This document shows, in pieces, positions 1 through 9,793 of a stretch of 32,000 nucleotides of DNA. Numbering within the stretch: the first letter of the stretch is position 1; each line of letters opens with the position of its first letter. The notes beneath the pieces were generated by a model. The model was given only the letters and a program-made list of their open reading frames with translations. It had not been told where the DNA came from and did no database searches. Made by a program: the position numbers and the translations under genes. Source of the stretch: Xanthomonas campestris pv. campestris str. ATCC 33913 (GTDB lineage: Bacteria > Pseudomonadota > Gammaproteobacteria > Xanthomonadales > Xanthomonadaceae); contig NC_003902.1 in assembly GCF_000007145.1 (NCBI RefSeq), positions 4,106,497-4,138,496 of the forward strand, given 5' to 3'.

Positions 1-1140
1 TTCGAAATCCTGGTAGAAGCCCGGCAGTTTGATGATGCCGATCCGGCGCTGTGGCACGTCGCCACTGGCCGGCAGCGTGATGGTCTCGCCCTTGGCAGCC
101 TGTTCGGCCAGGCGCACCTTCTGCCGCGTCAGGGTCACGGTGCGGTGCGTGCCGTCGATGCCCAGCTCGGCCGGGATGTACTCCAGGCGCACCTGGGTGT
201 CCTTGCTGCCGCGGATCTTGGCAACCACGTCATCGATGCGCCAGCCGATCACATCTTCGATGGCGCCGCTCTTGGCCTGGCCAACGCCAACGATGCGGTC
301 GCCCGGCTTGAGCGTGCCGTCCACCGCGGCCGGACCACCCGGGATCACCTCGCGGATCACCACCATGTCGTCCTGCTTCTGCAGCTGCGCGCCGATGCCT
401 TCCAGCGACAGCGACATCTGCTGATTGAAGGTTTCGGCCGTGCGCGGCGTGAAGTAATCGGTGTGCGGGTCAACTGCATTGGTGTAGGCGTTGAGGAAAA
501 ACTGGAACGCGTCTTCTCCCTTCAGTTCATTGACCGAATCGGCCAACGTGGCATAGCGCTTGTCCAGCGTCTTGCGGATGTCGTCCGACTTCTTGCCGGC
601 CAGCTTCAGGCGCAGCCAGTCGTTCATCACCGACTGCCGCCACAGCACGTCCAGTTGCTTGTCGTCGGCTGCCCACGGCACGTCCTTGCGGTCGTACTCG
701 AACTTCTCGCTGCCGGTGAAATCGAAATCCTGCTTGAGCAGTTCGCGCGCGTATTTGACGCGCTGATCGACACGCTTCTTGTAGACCGAAAACACCTGGA
801 ACGCCGGCTCCAGATTGCCGCCGCGCAGCGCATCACCCACGCCCGCCTGCAGCGGCGCGAACGCATCCACATCGGCCTGGGTGAAGAATTGCTTGCCGCC
901 GTCCAGCGTCTCCAGATACCGCTTGAAGACGTCCTTGGACATCGCCTCGTCGAGGGTACGCGGGCGATACGCATACCGGCTGTCCGAGAGCAACCCGTAG
1001 ACCAGTTTGGTCGCCGTCGCCTGTTCGGGCGTGGCCGCGGCAGGCAGCGCCGTGTCCGCACGCGCCAGCAATGCCATCGGAGTGGTGAGCACCAGTGCCA
1101 GCAGGCCGGCCTTCAGGGACGCAGAAACGTTGTAGGTCAT
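1..1140 (-). CDS. prc: Tail-specific (C-terminal processing) protease Prc, N-terminal 380 codons; the 3' end runs off the window start
   Basis: Absent from the ORF track because it has no in-window stop. My reverse-strand translation from ATG (complement of 1138-1140) gives MTYNVSASLKAGLLALVLTTPMALLARA (signal peptide) ... FLNAYTNAVDPHTDYFTPRTAETFNQQMSLSLEGIGAQLQKQDDMVVIREVIPGGPAAVDGTLKPGDRIVGVGQ ... VTLTRQKVRLAEQA. This is colinear with the N-terminal and PDZ regions of E. coli Prc as I recall it. Track ORF 145..1182(+) is its antisense shadow. Confidence 0.85.
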   Translation of the reverse strand, partial: MTYNVSASLKAGLLALVLTTPMALLARADTALPAAATPEQATATKLVYGLLSDSRYAYRPRTLDEAMSKDVFKRYLETLDGGKQFFTQADVDAFAPLQAGVGDALRGGNLEPAFQVFSVYKKRVDQRVKYARELLKQDFDFTGSEKFEYDRKDVPWAADDKQLDVLWRQSVMNDWLRLKLAGKKSDDIRKTLDKRYATLADSVNELKGEDAFQFFLNAYTNAVDPHTDYFTPRTAETFNQQMSLSLEGIGAQLQKQDDMVVIREVIPGGPAAVDGTLKPGDRIVGVGQAKSGAIEDVIGWRIDDVVAKIRGSKDTQVRLEYIPAELGIDGTHRTVTLTRQKVRLAEQAAKGETITLPASGDVPQRRIGIIKLPGFYQDFE

Positions 1141-1363
1141 CGAATGGCTCTCGGCACGGGGCCGATGAAAGAAGGGCGGTGATCGGATGTGACAGCATGA
1201 CAGTGCCGAAAGTTGCTGGCGTTGTCATCCGCTGGCTGAATCAGCCTAGCTCCGGGCATGTAGCAGATTGTGAACGCGCCCGTACCCTCGGCACGCTGGC
1301 CCGGATACGACACGGCCCCGCGCACTGCGCAGGGCCGTGATGCACACACCGATGCAGTTGGGC

Positions 1364-2377
1364 TCAGGCGGCGACGCCGGCACCGGCAGCCTGGCGGTCG
1401 GCGTGGTACGAGGAACGCACCATCGGGCCGGACGCCACGTGGCTGAAGCCCAGCGCATTGCCGTACTCCTCCAGCGCCTTGTATTCCTCCGGCGTCCAGT
1501 AGCGCATCACCGGGTGGTGGTGCGGCGTGGGCTGCAGGTATTGGCCGATCGTGATCATGTCCACATCGTGCGCACGCAGGTCGCGCAGGGTGACCTGCAC
1601 CTGCTCCATCGTTTCGCCCAGGCCGAGCATGATGCCGGACTTCGTGGCGATGGTCGGGTGCTGCGCCTTGAAGCGCTGCAGCAGCGTCAGCGACCACTGG
1701 TAATCGGCACCGGGGCGCACGTTCGGGTACAGGTCCGGCACGGTTTCAATGTTGTGGTTGAACACGTCCGGCGGGCTGGTGGCCAGGATCTCCAGCGCGC
1801 GGTCCATGCGGCCCTTGCCACGGAAGTCCGGGGTCAGGATCTCGATCCGGGTCTTGGGCGCGCTGGCGCGGATCGCCGAGATGCAGTCGACGAAGTGCTG
1901 GGCACCGCCGTCGCGCAGGTCGTCGCGGTCCACGCTGGTCACCACCACGTACTTCAGGCCCATGTCGGCCACGGTGGTGGCCAGGCTGGCCGGCTCGCTC
2001 GCATCCGGCGGCTTGGGCCGACCATGCGCCACGTCGCAGAACGAGCAGCGCCGCGTGCACACCTCACCCAGGATCATGAAGGTGGCGGTGCCGTGGCTGA
2101 AGCACTCGTGGATGTTCGGGCAGCTGGCTTCTTCGCAGACCGTGACCAAGCGGTTTTCGCGCAACTTGGCCTTGAGGTTCTGCACCGCGTTGCCGGACGG
2201 GATCCGCACCCGGATCCACGACGGCTTGCGCAGCACCGGCGCGTCGACGAACTGCACCGGCGAGCGGTTGATCTTGTCGCCACCGATCTGCTTGACGCCG
2301 GTCTGCAGCGACGCAGGTGCGGCGGTGTCGCCGGAGACGACCTGCAAGGGAATGGAGCGGGCGATAGGCTGGGTCAT
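1364..2377 (-). CDS. lipA: Lipoyl synthase (radical SAM)
   Basis: Internal start MTQPIARS (ATG = complement of 2375-2377) within track ORF 1364..2941. Carries [12 protein letters not shown] and the radical-SAM [10 protein letters not shown] cysteine motifs, with full-length LipA colinearity (337 aa). The upstream part of the 525-aa ORF is Arg/Gly/Ala junk overlapping lipB. Confidence 0.95.
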   Translation of the reverse strand: MTQPIARSIPLQVVSGDTAAPASLQTGVKQIGGDKINRSPVQFVDAPVLRKPSWIRVRIPSGNAVQNLKAKLRENRLVTVCEEASCPNIHECFSHGTATFMILGEVCTRRCSFCDVAHGRPKPPDASEPASLATTVADMGLKYVVVTSVDRDDLRDGGAQHFVDCISAIRASAPKTRIEILTPDFRGKGRMDRALEILATSPPDVFNHNIETVPDLYPNVRPGADYQWSLTLLQRFKAQHPTIATKSGIMLGLGETMEQVQVTLRDLRAHDVDMITIGQYLQPTPHHHPVMRYWTPEEYKALEEYGNALGFSHVASGPMVRSSYHADRQAAGAGVAA

Positions 2378-2391
2378 GACGGTACGGGCGC

Positions 2392-3090
2392 TCAGGCCGG
2401 AAGCGAAAGGTCGGGCAATGCGGAGGTGGGCTGCAACACGAGGCCGAACTGGCGCGCCAGCTGGTCGAGCAGCACCGCCTTGACGGCGTCCATCCCGGAG
2501 GGGCCGCCCAAGTCTAGCACCGAGGTCACCTGCAGATCCTGGTAGCCACACGGGTTGATGCGGTGGAACGGTTCCAGGTCCATCGCCACGTTGAACGACA
2601 GCCCATGGAAGGTGCAGCCGCGGCGTACGCGGATGCCGAGCGCGGCGATCTTCGCCCCGCCCACATACACGCCAGGCGCGCCATCGCGGCGCTCGGCCAC
2701 AATGTTCCACTCGTCCAGCGTATCGATCAGGGCCTGCTCGATCTTGCACACATAGTCGCGCACACCGATCTTGAGTCGGCGCAGATCCAGCAGCGGATAC
2801 ACCACCAGCTGGCCAGGGCCGTGGTAGGTCACCTGCCCGCCGCGATCGACCTGCAGCACCGGAATCTCGCCCGGAGCCAGGACATGCTCGGGCTTGCCGG
2901 CCTGCCCCAGAGTAAACACCGGCGTATGCTCGACCACCCACAGCTCGTCGCCGGTGTGCTCGTCACGTGTATCGGTGAAACGCTGCATTGCACGCCAGAC
3001 CGGGGCGTAATCCTGCATGCCCAGGTCGCGGACCTGCGCCGGCAAGGGCAACACCGGGGCCACGACAGGCTCGGCCGCTACAGCGTCCAC
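2392..3090 (-). CDS. lipB: Octanoyltransferase (lipoyl(octanoyl) transferase)
   Basis: 232-aa ORF with LipB-typical blocks: [59 protein letters not shown]. It lies immediately upstream of lipA. The start is GTG at 3090, and the exact start is uncertain. Confidence 0.93.
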   Translation of the reverse strand: MDAVAAEPVVAPVLPLPAQVRDLGMQDYAPVWRAMQRFTDTRDEHTGDELWVVEHTPVFTLGQAGKPEHVLAPGEIPVLQVDRGGQVTYHGPGQLVVYPLLDLRRLKIGVRDYVCKIEQALIDTLDEWNIVAERRDGAPGVYVGGAKIAALGIRVRRGCTFHGLSFNVAMDLEPFHRINPCGYQDLQVTSVLDLGGPSGMDAVKAVLLDQLARQFGLVLQPTSALPDLSLPA

Positions 3091-3356
3091 TTCACTTCCG
3101 GGTGCTCGCGCAGCGCTTGATGCGCGGAGTCGAACTGCTCGCGGGTGTCGGCCCGAAAGCCGATCCGGACCGAGACGTATTTGCCACTGGAGGAGTGCTT
3201 CCAGCTGATGCTTTCTTCCAGCAGTTCAACGCCGGTAGCGGCAAGCAGGCGCGGGAGTTCGGTTTCCAGCCCGCGCTCGGCCGTGCCCATGGCGCTGAGC
3301 TCGAAGGTGCCGGGAAACTGGAAGCCGTGATCGGGGTTGTCGGAGCTGATTTCCAT
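3078..3356 (-). CDS. ybeD: YbeD/DUF493-family small protein
   Basis: 92-aa product from the internal ATG (complement of 3354-3356): [24 protein letters not shown]...[34 protein letters not shown]. Size, the FPxxFxxK/A-MG motif and the position directly upstream of lipB match the conserved ybeD-lipB-lipA arrangement. It overlaps the lipB start by 13 nt. Confidence 0.75.
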   Translation of the reverse strand: MEISSDNPDHGFQFPGTFELSAMGTAERGLETELPRLLAATGVELLEESISWKHSSSGKYVSVRIGFRADTREQFDSAHQALREHPEVKWTL

Positions 3357-3427
3357 CCGCCCATTATCGGGCCGCCTGGCGGCAAACCCAACCCTGCCCT
3401 GTCGCACCGCCTGTCGCAGATAGCAAA

Positions 3428-3448
3428 ACGGGGCCCAGTGGGCCCCGT
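3428..3448 (-). terminator. Rho-independent terminator downstream of the CsgG-like gene
   Basis: 9-bp GC-rich stem acggggccc / gggccccgt with a 3-nt loop. Read on the minus strand it is followed by TTTTGC. It sits 34 nt past the stop at 3482. Confidence 0.6.
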
Positions 3449-3481
3449 CGTTTCACACTAAATGTGCATCTTGCGGACGAC

Positions 3482-4465
3482 TTACTTGGACAGTTCCAGC
3501 ATGGCCGACGACACCCAGCCGCGGTTGCCCATTTCGTCTTCGACTTCCCACATGACGCCTTCCTTGGTGCCGGTGGGGTACAGCATCATGCCCGGCTCCA
3601 GCGTACGCACTGCTGCGCCCGAGCCCTTGGCATTGGCCAGCAAACGGCCCGCACGGGTCACGGTGACTGCCTGCTGGGCATTGGACGCTGCGGCATTGCC
3701 GGACAGACCACCCAACTGGCTGACGATATCGGTGTAAGCCTGCAGATACGCCAGCGTGATCACCTGGCCGATCTCGGTATTGGCATAACCGCCAGCACCG
3801 GCAGCGCCGTAGTCGCTACCGCCGAACACATTGCCGCGCGCGCCCCAGCCGAGGTCGGTCTTTTTGGCATTGCCTTCAGCCATTGCGACCTGCTCGGACG
3901 AGCGCACGTCGGTGATGGTCAAGACCACATCGGCGGTCTTCTTGCTTAGATTCAACCCACCCACCAGATTGCCGGCGTTACCGCCAACCAGACCGCCCAA
4001 CATGCCGGCAATGGCGCTGCCACCGGCATTGCGGTTCTGCGAGATGAGGTCCGGCGTCATCACATAATCGGCCGCGCGAATCTGCCCCTTGCCCATATTG
4101 GAGCGCGCGCGCAGGTCGCCATTGGCGGCCATGTCGCGCTCGCGCTGCGAGGCAGCCATGCCGGCACCACGGTCCACCAGGGTGAAGCAGCGCGACCGGT
4201 TCACGAAGACCTTGATCAGCTTGGAGGGCGCAGGCAATTGCTGACCCGACCACCAGTTGACGGCGTCTTCCGGCTCAATCACCGACAGGCTGCCCAGGGG
4301 CTTGGCGCACACCGGGATCTGCGCGACGGCATCTTTCCGCTGGTCCTGCGCGGATCCCTTGAAGGCGTCCTTCAGCCCGGCGGACGCCGGTGCACTCACG
4401 CTGGCCAATGCAATACCCAGCACGCTGGACAGTACCGCCGCGCTCACAGAAATCGTCTTGCTCAT
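3482..4465 (-). CDS. Exported CsgG/HfaB-like protein with C-terminal bacterial SH3 domain
   Basis: 327 aa. It has an N-terminal signal peptide (…ASVSAPASA/G) with no lipobox Cys. The central region resembles the CsgG fold pattern (LSVIEPED…KVFVNRSRCFTLVDR…GQIRAADYVMTPDLIS…ADVVLTITDVRSSEQV) and includes a Gly-rich loop. The C-terminus (TVTRAGRLLANAKGSGAAVRTLEPGMMLYPTG…GWVSSAMLEL) looks like SH3_3. Family assignment rests on motif recollection only. Confidence 0.55.
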   Translation of the reverse strand: MSKTISVSAAVLSSVLGIALASVSAPASAGLKDAFKGSAQDQRKDAVAQIPVCAKPLGSLSVIEPEDAVNWWSGQQLPAPSKLIKVFVNRSRCFTLVDRGAGMAASQRERDMAANGDLRARSNMGKGQIRAADYVMTPDLISQNRNAGGSAIAGMLGGLVGGNAGNLVGGLNLSKKTADVVLTITDVRSSEQVAMAEGNAKKTDLGWGARGNVFGGSDYGAAGAGGYANTEIGQVITLAYLQAYTDIVSQLGGLSGNAAASNAQQAVTVTRAGRLLANAKGSGAAVRTLEPGMMLYPTGTKEGVMWEVEDEMGNRGWVSSAMLELSK

Positions 4466-4786
4466 GTTGTTCCCCTAACACCTGCGCCGCCGTGGGCGAA
4501 CGCGATCCGTTGGTAATGAAATAGCCTGCTGCAGGCCGCCGTTCCTTGGGGCTAGTTCCCCCGGGGCGGATCATATGCTATTAGCGCGCGAAATTCATGG
4601 CAGCGGGCTCATGCCCGCCGTGCAATTCGCGCCGACGGACCTCCCGAGCGCGATAGAACGAACTGGTCCGCACATGCAGTCATGCCCGCCACGGCAGGCG
4701 CTGCATCATGCAGCCCATGTTCACGCGGCGCAGCAGTGGCCGCAGGCACCTTTGCCGCATCCTGTCCCTCCTGTACCGGGTCCTCC

Positions 4787-5848
4787 ATGCTCCGACCGCG
4801 CGCGCTGTCCGCTGCCTTGTTGCTTTCCCTCACCGGCCTGGCGCTGCCCGCGCTGGCGGCCGACCAGTGCGATTCCAGCCGGCTGGGTCGTACGCCGCCG
4901 GCGGTGAATTTCCGGGTCGACAACGACCTGTTCGGCGGCGAAGACCAGGACCAGGGCTATTCCAACGGCGCGTTGCTGACGCTGGTCTCGCCGAATCTGG
5001 TCGACTACACCGACGACCCGTGTTTGCCGCGCACGGCGCGCTGGGTCAACAGCTATCTGGAACGCCTGCATCCGGGCGAGTTCGATCAGCAGAACATGGT
5101 GTTCTCGATCGGCCAGGCGATCTTTACCCCGACCGACTACACCCGCCGCGACGTGATTCCGGACGACCGCCCGTACGCGGGCATCCTGCTCGCCAGCTTC
5201 GGCTACAACGCGCGTAACGACGCGCACCTGCGTACCACGCAGCTGCAGATCGGCGTGGTTGGCCCGTGGGCCTTCGCGCAGGAAGCGCAGGACGCCATCC
5301 ATGACGCGCTGGGTGACGAGAAATTCCAGGGCTGGGACAACCAGCTGCACAACGAGCCGCTGGTCAACCTCGTGCACGAGCGCATGCGCCGCTGGCCGGG
5401 CGATGCCACGGTCAACGCCGATGGTTGGGGCTGGGATGCGATTTCGCATTGGGGCGGATCGCTGGGCAACATGTCGACCCATCTCAATGCCGGCGGCGAA
5501 GTGCGCTTCGGCTGGAAGCTGCCGGATGACTTCGGCAGCACGCCGACCCGCCCGGCCGGCGAGAACACCGCACCCAGCCGCCTGGGCCGCGCAAGTGGCT
5601 GGTCCGGACATCTGTTCCTGACCACCGATGCGCGCTGGGTGATCCGCGACATCACCCTGGACGGCAACACCTTCCGCAACAGCCACAGCGTGGACAAGCG
5701 CCCGTTAGTCGGCGATGTCGGCTACGGCCTGGCGGTGATGTACGGCCGCTGGAAATTCGCCATCGCCCGCTACCACCGCACCCGCGAGTTCGAGACCCAG
5801 CGCGAGACCCCGGTGTATGGCAGTTTCACGATCAGCCGGATGCTTTGA
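4787..5848 (+). CDS. Lipid A deacylase LpxR-family (DUF2219) outer-membrane protein
   Basis: Start chosen at MLRPRALSAALLLSLTGLALPALA (ATG 4787), which gives a signal peptide. The blocks VDNDLFGGEDQDQGYSNGALLT, IFTPTDY…DRPYAGILL and the terminal beta-strand …YGSFTISRML fit the LpxR/DUF2219 pattern. The upstream 35 codons of the track ORF look non-coding. Confidence 0.72.
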   Translation: MLRPRALSAALLLSLTGLALPALAADQCDSSRLGRTPPAVNFRVDNDLFGGEDQDQGYSNGALLTLVSPNLVDYTDDPCLPRTARWVNSYLERLHPGEFDQQNMVFSIGQAIFTPTDYTRRDVIPDDRPYAGILLASFGYNARNDAHLRTTQLQIGVVGPWAFAQEAQDAIHDALGDEKFQGWDNQLHNEPLVNLVHERMRRWPGDATVNADGWGWDAISHWGGSLGNMSTHLNAGGEVRFGWKLPDDFGSTPTRPAGENTAPSRLGRASGWSGHLFLTTDARWVIRDITLDGNTFRNSHSVDKRPLVGDVGYGLAVMYGRWKFAIARYHRTREFETQRETPVYGSFTISRML

Positions 5849-5853
5849 AAGCT

Positions 5854-5937
5854 GGGAATAGAGAATCGGGAATTGGGAATGGGAACAGCAGGAGCGGCGC
5901 GCCGCTTTTACGATTCCCGATTCTCCACTCCCGATTC
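5854..5937. repeat. Heptamer-array inverted repeat element (GGGAATN arrays flanking a GC palindrome)
   Basis: The left arm is gggaatagagaatcgggaattgggaatgggaa (5854-5885). The centre is agcggcgcgccgct (5893-5906, a perfect palindrome). The right arm is cgattcccgattctccactcccgattc (5911-5937), an imperfect reverse complement of the left arm. The same family recurs at 24008-24470, 25338-25659 and 30579-30608. Confidence 0.85.
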
Positions 5938-5940
5938 AAC

Positions 5941-5970
5941 AAAAAAAGCCGGCTTTCGCCGGCTTTTTTG
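5941..5970. terminator. Bidirectional rho-independent terminator between the LpxR-family gene (+) and dacC (-)
   Basis: The sequence is aaaaaaAGCCGGCtttcGCCGGCTtttttt. The stem is flanked by an A7 run on one side and a T6 run on the other, so either strand reads as hairpin plus U-tract. It sits between convergent stops (5848 and 5971). Confidence 0.85.
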
Positions 5971-7182
5971 TTATTCGGATTCCCACCACATCCAGAAGGC
6001 GTCCCAGAGGCGCTTGAAGAACCCGCCCTCTTCCACCGCGTTGATCGCCACCAGCGGTGCCTGCGCGATGACCTTGCCTTCCAGGCTGACCTTGACGGTG
6101 CCGACCTGCTGGCCCTTCTTGATCGGCGCCTGCAGGTTCTTGGCCACTTCCATGCTGGGCTTGAGGTCTTTGTAGCGGCCACGCTGCAGACTGACCAGCA
6201 GCGGCTGGGCCACGCCCAGTTGTACTTCGTCCTGCTCGCCCTTCCAGACCTTCTGCTTGGTCACCACCTTGCCCGGTGCGTACAGGCTGTGGGTCTCGAA
6301 GAAGCGGAAGCCCCAGTTGAGCAGCGCCAGGCTGTCATCGGCACGCTGGCGCTCGGAGGTGTCGCCCATGACCACGGCCACCAGCCGCTGGTCGCCACGC
6401 TTGGCCGAGCTGAGCAGGCAGTAGCCGGCTTCGGAGGTGTGGCCGGTCTTGATGCCGTCCACGGCCGGGTCGCGCCACAACAGCAGATTGCGGTTGTTCT
6501 GCTTGATGGTGCCGACCTGGAATTCCTTGATCTTGTTGTAGGCGTAGGTCTCGGGGTAATCGCGCACCATCGCACGGCCGAGCATGGCCAGATCGTAGGC
6601 GCTGGAATGGTGGCCCTCGGCGCTCAACCCATGTGCGTTGACGAAGTAGGAGTTCTTCATGCCGATCTTGGCGGCGTAGCTGTTCATCAGCGAGGCGAAG
6701 GCTTCTTCGCTGCCGGCGACATGCTCGGCCAGCGCAATCGCGGCATCGTTGCCGGACTGGATCGCCATGCCCTTTTCCATGTCTTCCAGACGCGCAGTCT
6801 GGTTGACCGGGAAGCCGCTGTAGCTGCCGTCGGTGCCGGCACCGCCCTCGCGCCAGGCGCGCTCGCTCATCATGACCTGGTCGTCGCGGCTGATCTTGCC
6901 GTTCTTGATCTCGGCCGCCACCACGTAGGAGGTCATCACCTTGGTGATGCTGGCCGGCGCCAGTTCCTGGTGGATGTTCTCACCGGCGAGCACCTGCCCG
7001 GTGGCGTAGTCCATCAGGATCCAGGACTTGGACACGGCCGGTGCCGGTGCCGGCGGAACCGGCAATGCCGCCGGAGCGGTCGGCGCGGCAGCGGCGGGGG
7101 TCGGCTGCGGCGCAGGGGTCTGTGCGCAGACCAGGCCGAACGCGAACGTGGCCACGGCAGCGGCGGCGAAGCGGAATTTCAT
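5971..7182 (-). CDS. dacC: D-alanyl-D-alanine carboxypeptidase, PBP5/6 class
   Basis: 403 aa with a signal peptide. It carries SITKVMT (SxxK), SGND (SxN) and KTGHT (KTG) motifs and a PBP5 C-terminal domain. Whether it is the dacA or dacC paralog cannot be decided from sequence alone. Confidence 0.9.
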   Translation of the reverse strand: MKFRFAAAAVATFAFGLVCAQTPAPQPTPAAAAPTAPAALPVPPAPAPAVSKSWILMDYATGQVLAGENIHQELAPASITKVMTSYVVAAEIKNGKISRDDQVMMSERAWREGGAGTDGSYSGFPVNQTARLEDMEKGMAIQSGNDAAIALAEHVAGSEEAFASLMNSYAAKIGMKNSYFVNAHGLSAEGHHSSAYDLAMLGRAMVRDYPETYAYNKIKEFQVGTIKQNNRNLLLWRDPAVDGIKTGHTSEAGYCLLSSAKRGDQRLVAVVMGDTSERQRADDSLALLNWGFRFFETHSLYAPGKVVTKQKVWKGEQDEVQLGVAQPLLVSLQRGRYKDLKPSMEVAKNLQAPIKKGQQVGTVKVSLEGKVIAQAPLVAINAVEEGGFFKRLWDAFWMWWESE

Positions 7183-7310
7183 TGAAGAACGACTCCTGAC
7201 GGGCCCGAAGGCTGGGTAATGCGAAATTGTAAGGGGCCACAGCGATCAGGGCGATGCGCACTGGCGTCGCGCCTGACCGAAGTTCAGCCCCGCTCAGGCG
7301 CGCAGGGCGC

Positions 7311-8657
7311 TCAATTGGCCACGATCTGCGGGCGGCCGAAGCCCAGCCCGGCAATGCGCTGCGCGATTTCCGAGGCATTGGCGTGGTCACGTGCGTTCAC
7401 GCGCAGGCGCCACAGGGTGCGCCCGCCGCTGACGATGTCGCTGACGCTGGCACCGGCAATGCCGGCCGAGGCCAGCTGTGACAGCGCGCGGTTGGCGTTC
7501 TCGCGGCTGGCGAAGCTGGCGACCTGCAACAGGATGTCGCCCAGCGCGGCTTCGGCGGCGGTCGGCGGCTTGGCAACGATGACCGGAGCGGCAGGACGCG
7601 GCGCTGGCGGAGCATCCGGCGTCCTGGCCACCGCCACGGTGGTTGCCACGGCGGCGGCAGCGGCCGGGCGCGGCGTGGCCGCTGTCGGTTTGCCGGTGGC
7701 CACGCGCACGCCCTGCGACTTCATCCACGCATCGAAATTGTCGGCATTGCCCGGCTGCCGCGAATCGGCCACCCGGTAACGCCAGCGCTCGCCCATCGGC
7801 ACTGGCGCTGCGGCCGTGCCGGTGGCTGGCGGGCGGGCAGTGGTGCCGCGGGCGGGCAGCTGTTGCACCAGGCTGTCGATCTGGCTGCTGGCAGCCGGTT
7901 TGGCCGCGGCCACGGTGGTGACCGGCGCGATGCCGCTACGGCGCTTGGCCAGCAGATTGGCGTTGTCGGCTTCGGTCAGGCCGCGTACCTCGACATTACC
8001 GGTGCCCTTGCCGGTGATCCCCAGCTTCACCGCAGCGGCGTAGCTCAGGTCGATGACCCGGCCATCGTGGAACGGCCCGCGGTCATTGACGCGCACCACC
8101 ACCGATTGCCCGTTGTCGGTATTGGTCACCAGCGCAAAGCTGGGCAGCGGCAGGGTCTTGTGCGCAGCGGTGAAGGCGTACATGTCGTACACCTCCTTGT
8201 TGGAGGTCAGCCGGCCGTGGAACTTGCTGCCGTAGTACGAGGCGGTGCCGCGTTCGACATAGTCGCCGGGGTTGTCCATCACCACGTAGCGCTTGCCCAG
8301 CACTTCATACGGCGAGCGATTTCCCACCGCCGAGCGCGGCTCGTTGCTGACCAGCGGCTCGGGAATGCAGGCCACGTTGGGCACGTGGTCCGGGGTGGAG
8401 TCCTTGACGCCGGGTTTGTACAGGCCGCCGGCGGTGTAGTCGCCGCGCGTGGAGGGGTCTTCCTTGGCGGCGGCATACGGCGAGGTGGACGGGCAGCCGG
8501 TGGCGACATGCGCCGGCCCCTTGCCCTCTACCTTGACGCCCTTGATCGCGCCATTGCCGCCGTTGCCGGCGGTTTTCTTCGGTGCACTGCTACAGGCCGC
8601 CAGCCCGAGCATCAATGCCATCGGGATCAGCCACTTGGGACCTGTGATGCTGTTCAT
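7311..8657 (-). CDS. rlpA: Septal ring lytic transglycosylase RlpA (DPBB domain + C-terminal SPOR domain), lipoprotein
   Basis: Has a lipobox LGLAAC|SS. The DPBB block is GTASYYGSKFHGRLTSNKEVYDMYAFTAAHKTLPLPSFALVTNTDNGQSVVVRVNDRGPF. The SPOR-like C-terminus is LLQVASFASRENANRALSQL…WRLRV. Its ATG overlaps the mltB stop (ATGA at 8654-8657). Confidence 0.9.
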   Translation of the reverse strand: MNSITGPKWLIPMALMLGLAACSSAPKKTAGNGGNGAIKGVKVEGKGPAHVATGCPSTSPYAAAKEDPSTRGDYTAGGLYKPGVKDSTPDHVPNVACIPEPLVSNEPRSAVGNRSPYEVLGKRYVVMDNPGDYVERGTASYYGSKFHGRLTSNKEVYDMYAFTAAHKTLPLPSFALVTNTDNGQSVVVRVNDRGPFHDGRVIDLSYAAAVKLGITGKGTGNVEVRGLTEADNANLLAKRRSGIAPVTTVAAAKPAASSQIDSLVQQLPARGTTARPPATGTAAAPVPMGERWRYRVADSRQPGNADNFDAWMKSQGVRVATGKPTAATPRPAAAAAVATTVAVARTPDAPPAPRPAAPVIVAKPPTAAEAALGDILLQVASFASRENANRALSQLASAGIAGASVSDIVSGGRTLWRLRVNARDHANASEIAQRIAGLGFGRPQIVAN

Positions 8658-9793
8658 GCCGGGGGTAACTCCTTGCCGGCGATGGCCTCGGACAGCTGGA
8701 ACACGGCCATCGCATACATCTTGGAAATGTTGTATCGGGTGATCGCGTAGAAGTTCTGGAAGCCCAACCAGTACTGCTTGCCGTTGGCATCATCCAGCGT
8801 GATCGGCGTGGCGGTGCTGCCGGCAACCACCGGCGCGTTGGGCTGGTAGCCGCGCGCAGACAGATCGGCCAGCGTGTACACCGGCGACCAGTCGGTGGGG
8901 TTGAACTCCTCGCGCCCCGCAGCCAACGTGGCCGGCACGGCGACCTGACCATCGCGCACCCAGCCGCCCTTCTTGACGAAGTAATTGGCGATCGAGGCGA
9001 AGACGTCGTCGTGATCGGTGAACAGATTGCGCTTGCCGTCGGCATCGCCGTCGACCGCGAACTGGCGGTAGCTGGACGGCATGAACTGGCCCATGCCCAT
9101 GGCGCCGGCATAGCTGCCGATCAGGGTGGTGACGTCGAGTTGCTCTTCCTTGCCCAGTGCGAACAGCTGGCCGAGTTCATCGCGGAAGAACAGCTCGCGG
9201 CGCACTTCGCGTTCGAGCTTGGCTGGGTCGCCGCTGCGCGGGTAGCGGAAGGCCAGCGTGTACAGCGCGTCCAACACACGGTATTTGCCGGCGTTGCTGC
9301 CGTAGCTGGTTTCCACCCCGATGATGGCCACAATCACCTGCGCCGGAACACCGGTGGCGGCTTCCACCTTGCTCAGCTCGGCGCGGTGCTCGGCCAGGAA
9401 CTTGCGGCCGCCGTCGATGCGCGCCTGGGTGATGAACATCGGCCGGTATTCGTTCCACGGCTTGACCCGCTCGGCCGGGCGCGACATCGCGGTGACGATC
9501 GCATCCTTGAACTGGGCTTGTGCCAGCACCGCTTCGATCTGCGCCGCGTCGATGCCGTACTTGGCCGCGGTGTCACGCACGAAGTTGGCGCGTGCGATCT
9601 CGAACGGCACCGGGGTCAGGTCCACCGGCGGCAAGGCCGGCGCTTCGGCCGCCGCACTGGCGGGCGCAGCGGGAGCAAGCGGCGGCTTGGCCGGCGGCGC
9701 ACTGGCGGCCGGAGGCGCAGGTGGAGGGCTGGGCTGGGTCGCGCAAGCGACTAGGCCGAGGGTGAGCAGGCAGGTCAGTGTGCGTCGAATCAT
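8654..9793 (-). CDS. mltB: Lytic murein transglycosylase B family lipoprotein
   Basis: Start chosen at MIRRTLTCLLTLGLVAC (ATG = complement of 9791-9793; lipobox LVAC). MltB/Slt2 blocks include VIVAIIGVETSYG, GSYAGAMGMGQFMPSSY and FASIANYF. The upstream 32 codons of track ORF 8654..9889 are discarded. Confidence 0.88.
   Translation of the reverse strand: MIRRTLTCLLTLGLVACATQPSPPPAPPAASAPPAKPPLAPAAPASAAAEAPALPPVDLTPVPFEIARANFVRDTAAKYGIDAAQIEAVLAQAQFKDAIVTAMSRPAERVKPWNEYRPMFITQARIDGGRKFLAEHRAELSKVEAATGVPAQVIVAIIGVETSYGSNAGKYRVLDALYTLAFRYPRSGDPAKLEREVRRELFFRDELGQLFALGKEEQLDVTTLIGSYAGAMGMGQFMPSSYRQFAVDGDADGKRNLFTDHDDVFASIANYFVKKGGWVRDGQVAVPATLAAGREEFNPTDWSPVYTLADLSARGYQPNAPVVAGSTATPITLDDANGKQYWLGFQNFYAITRYNISKMYAMAVFQLSEAIAGKELPPA

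Noticed and set aside
145-1182. 345-aa plus-strand ORF (and overlapping 29..424, 627..1061, 833..1228 ORFs)
   Set aside because: It is the antisense or off-frame shadow of prc. Its translation is Arg/Ala/Leu/Gly/His-rich with no motifs, whereas the minus-strand frame I translated is a clean Prc N-terminus plus PDZ.
1364-2941. Long N-terminal extensions of track ORFs for lipA (525 aa), mreB (389 aa), mltB (411 aa), pglA (489 aa), ybeD (109 aa), the LpxR-family gene (388 aa), the PfkB kinase (336 aa) and the sigma54 activator (709 aa)
   Set aside because: The extensions are compositionally junk, overlap neighbouring genes or known intergenic elements, and remove signal peptides or conserved N-termini. 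Internal starts giving canonical N-termini were used instead.
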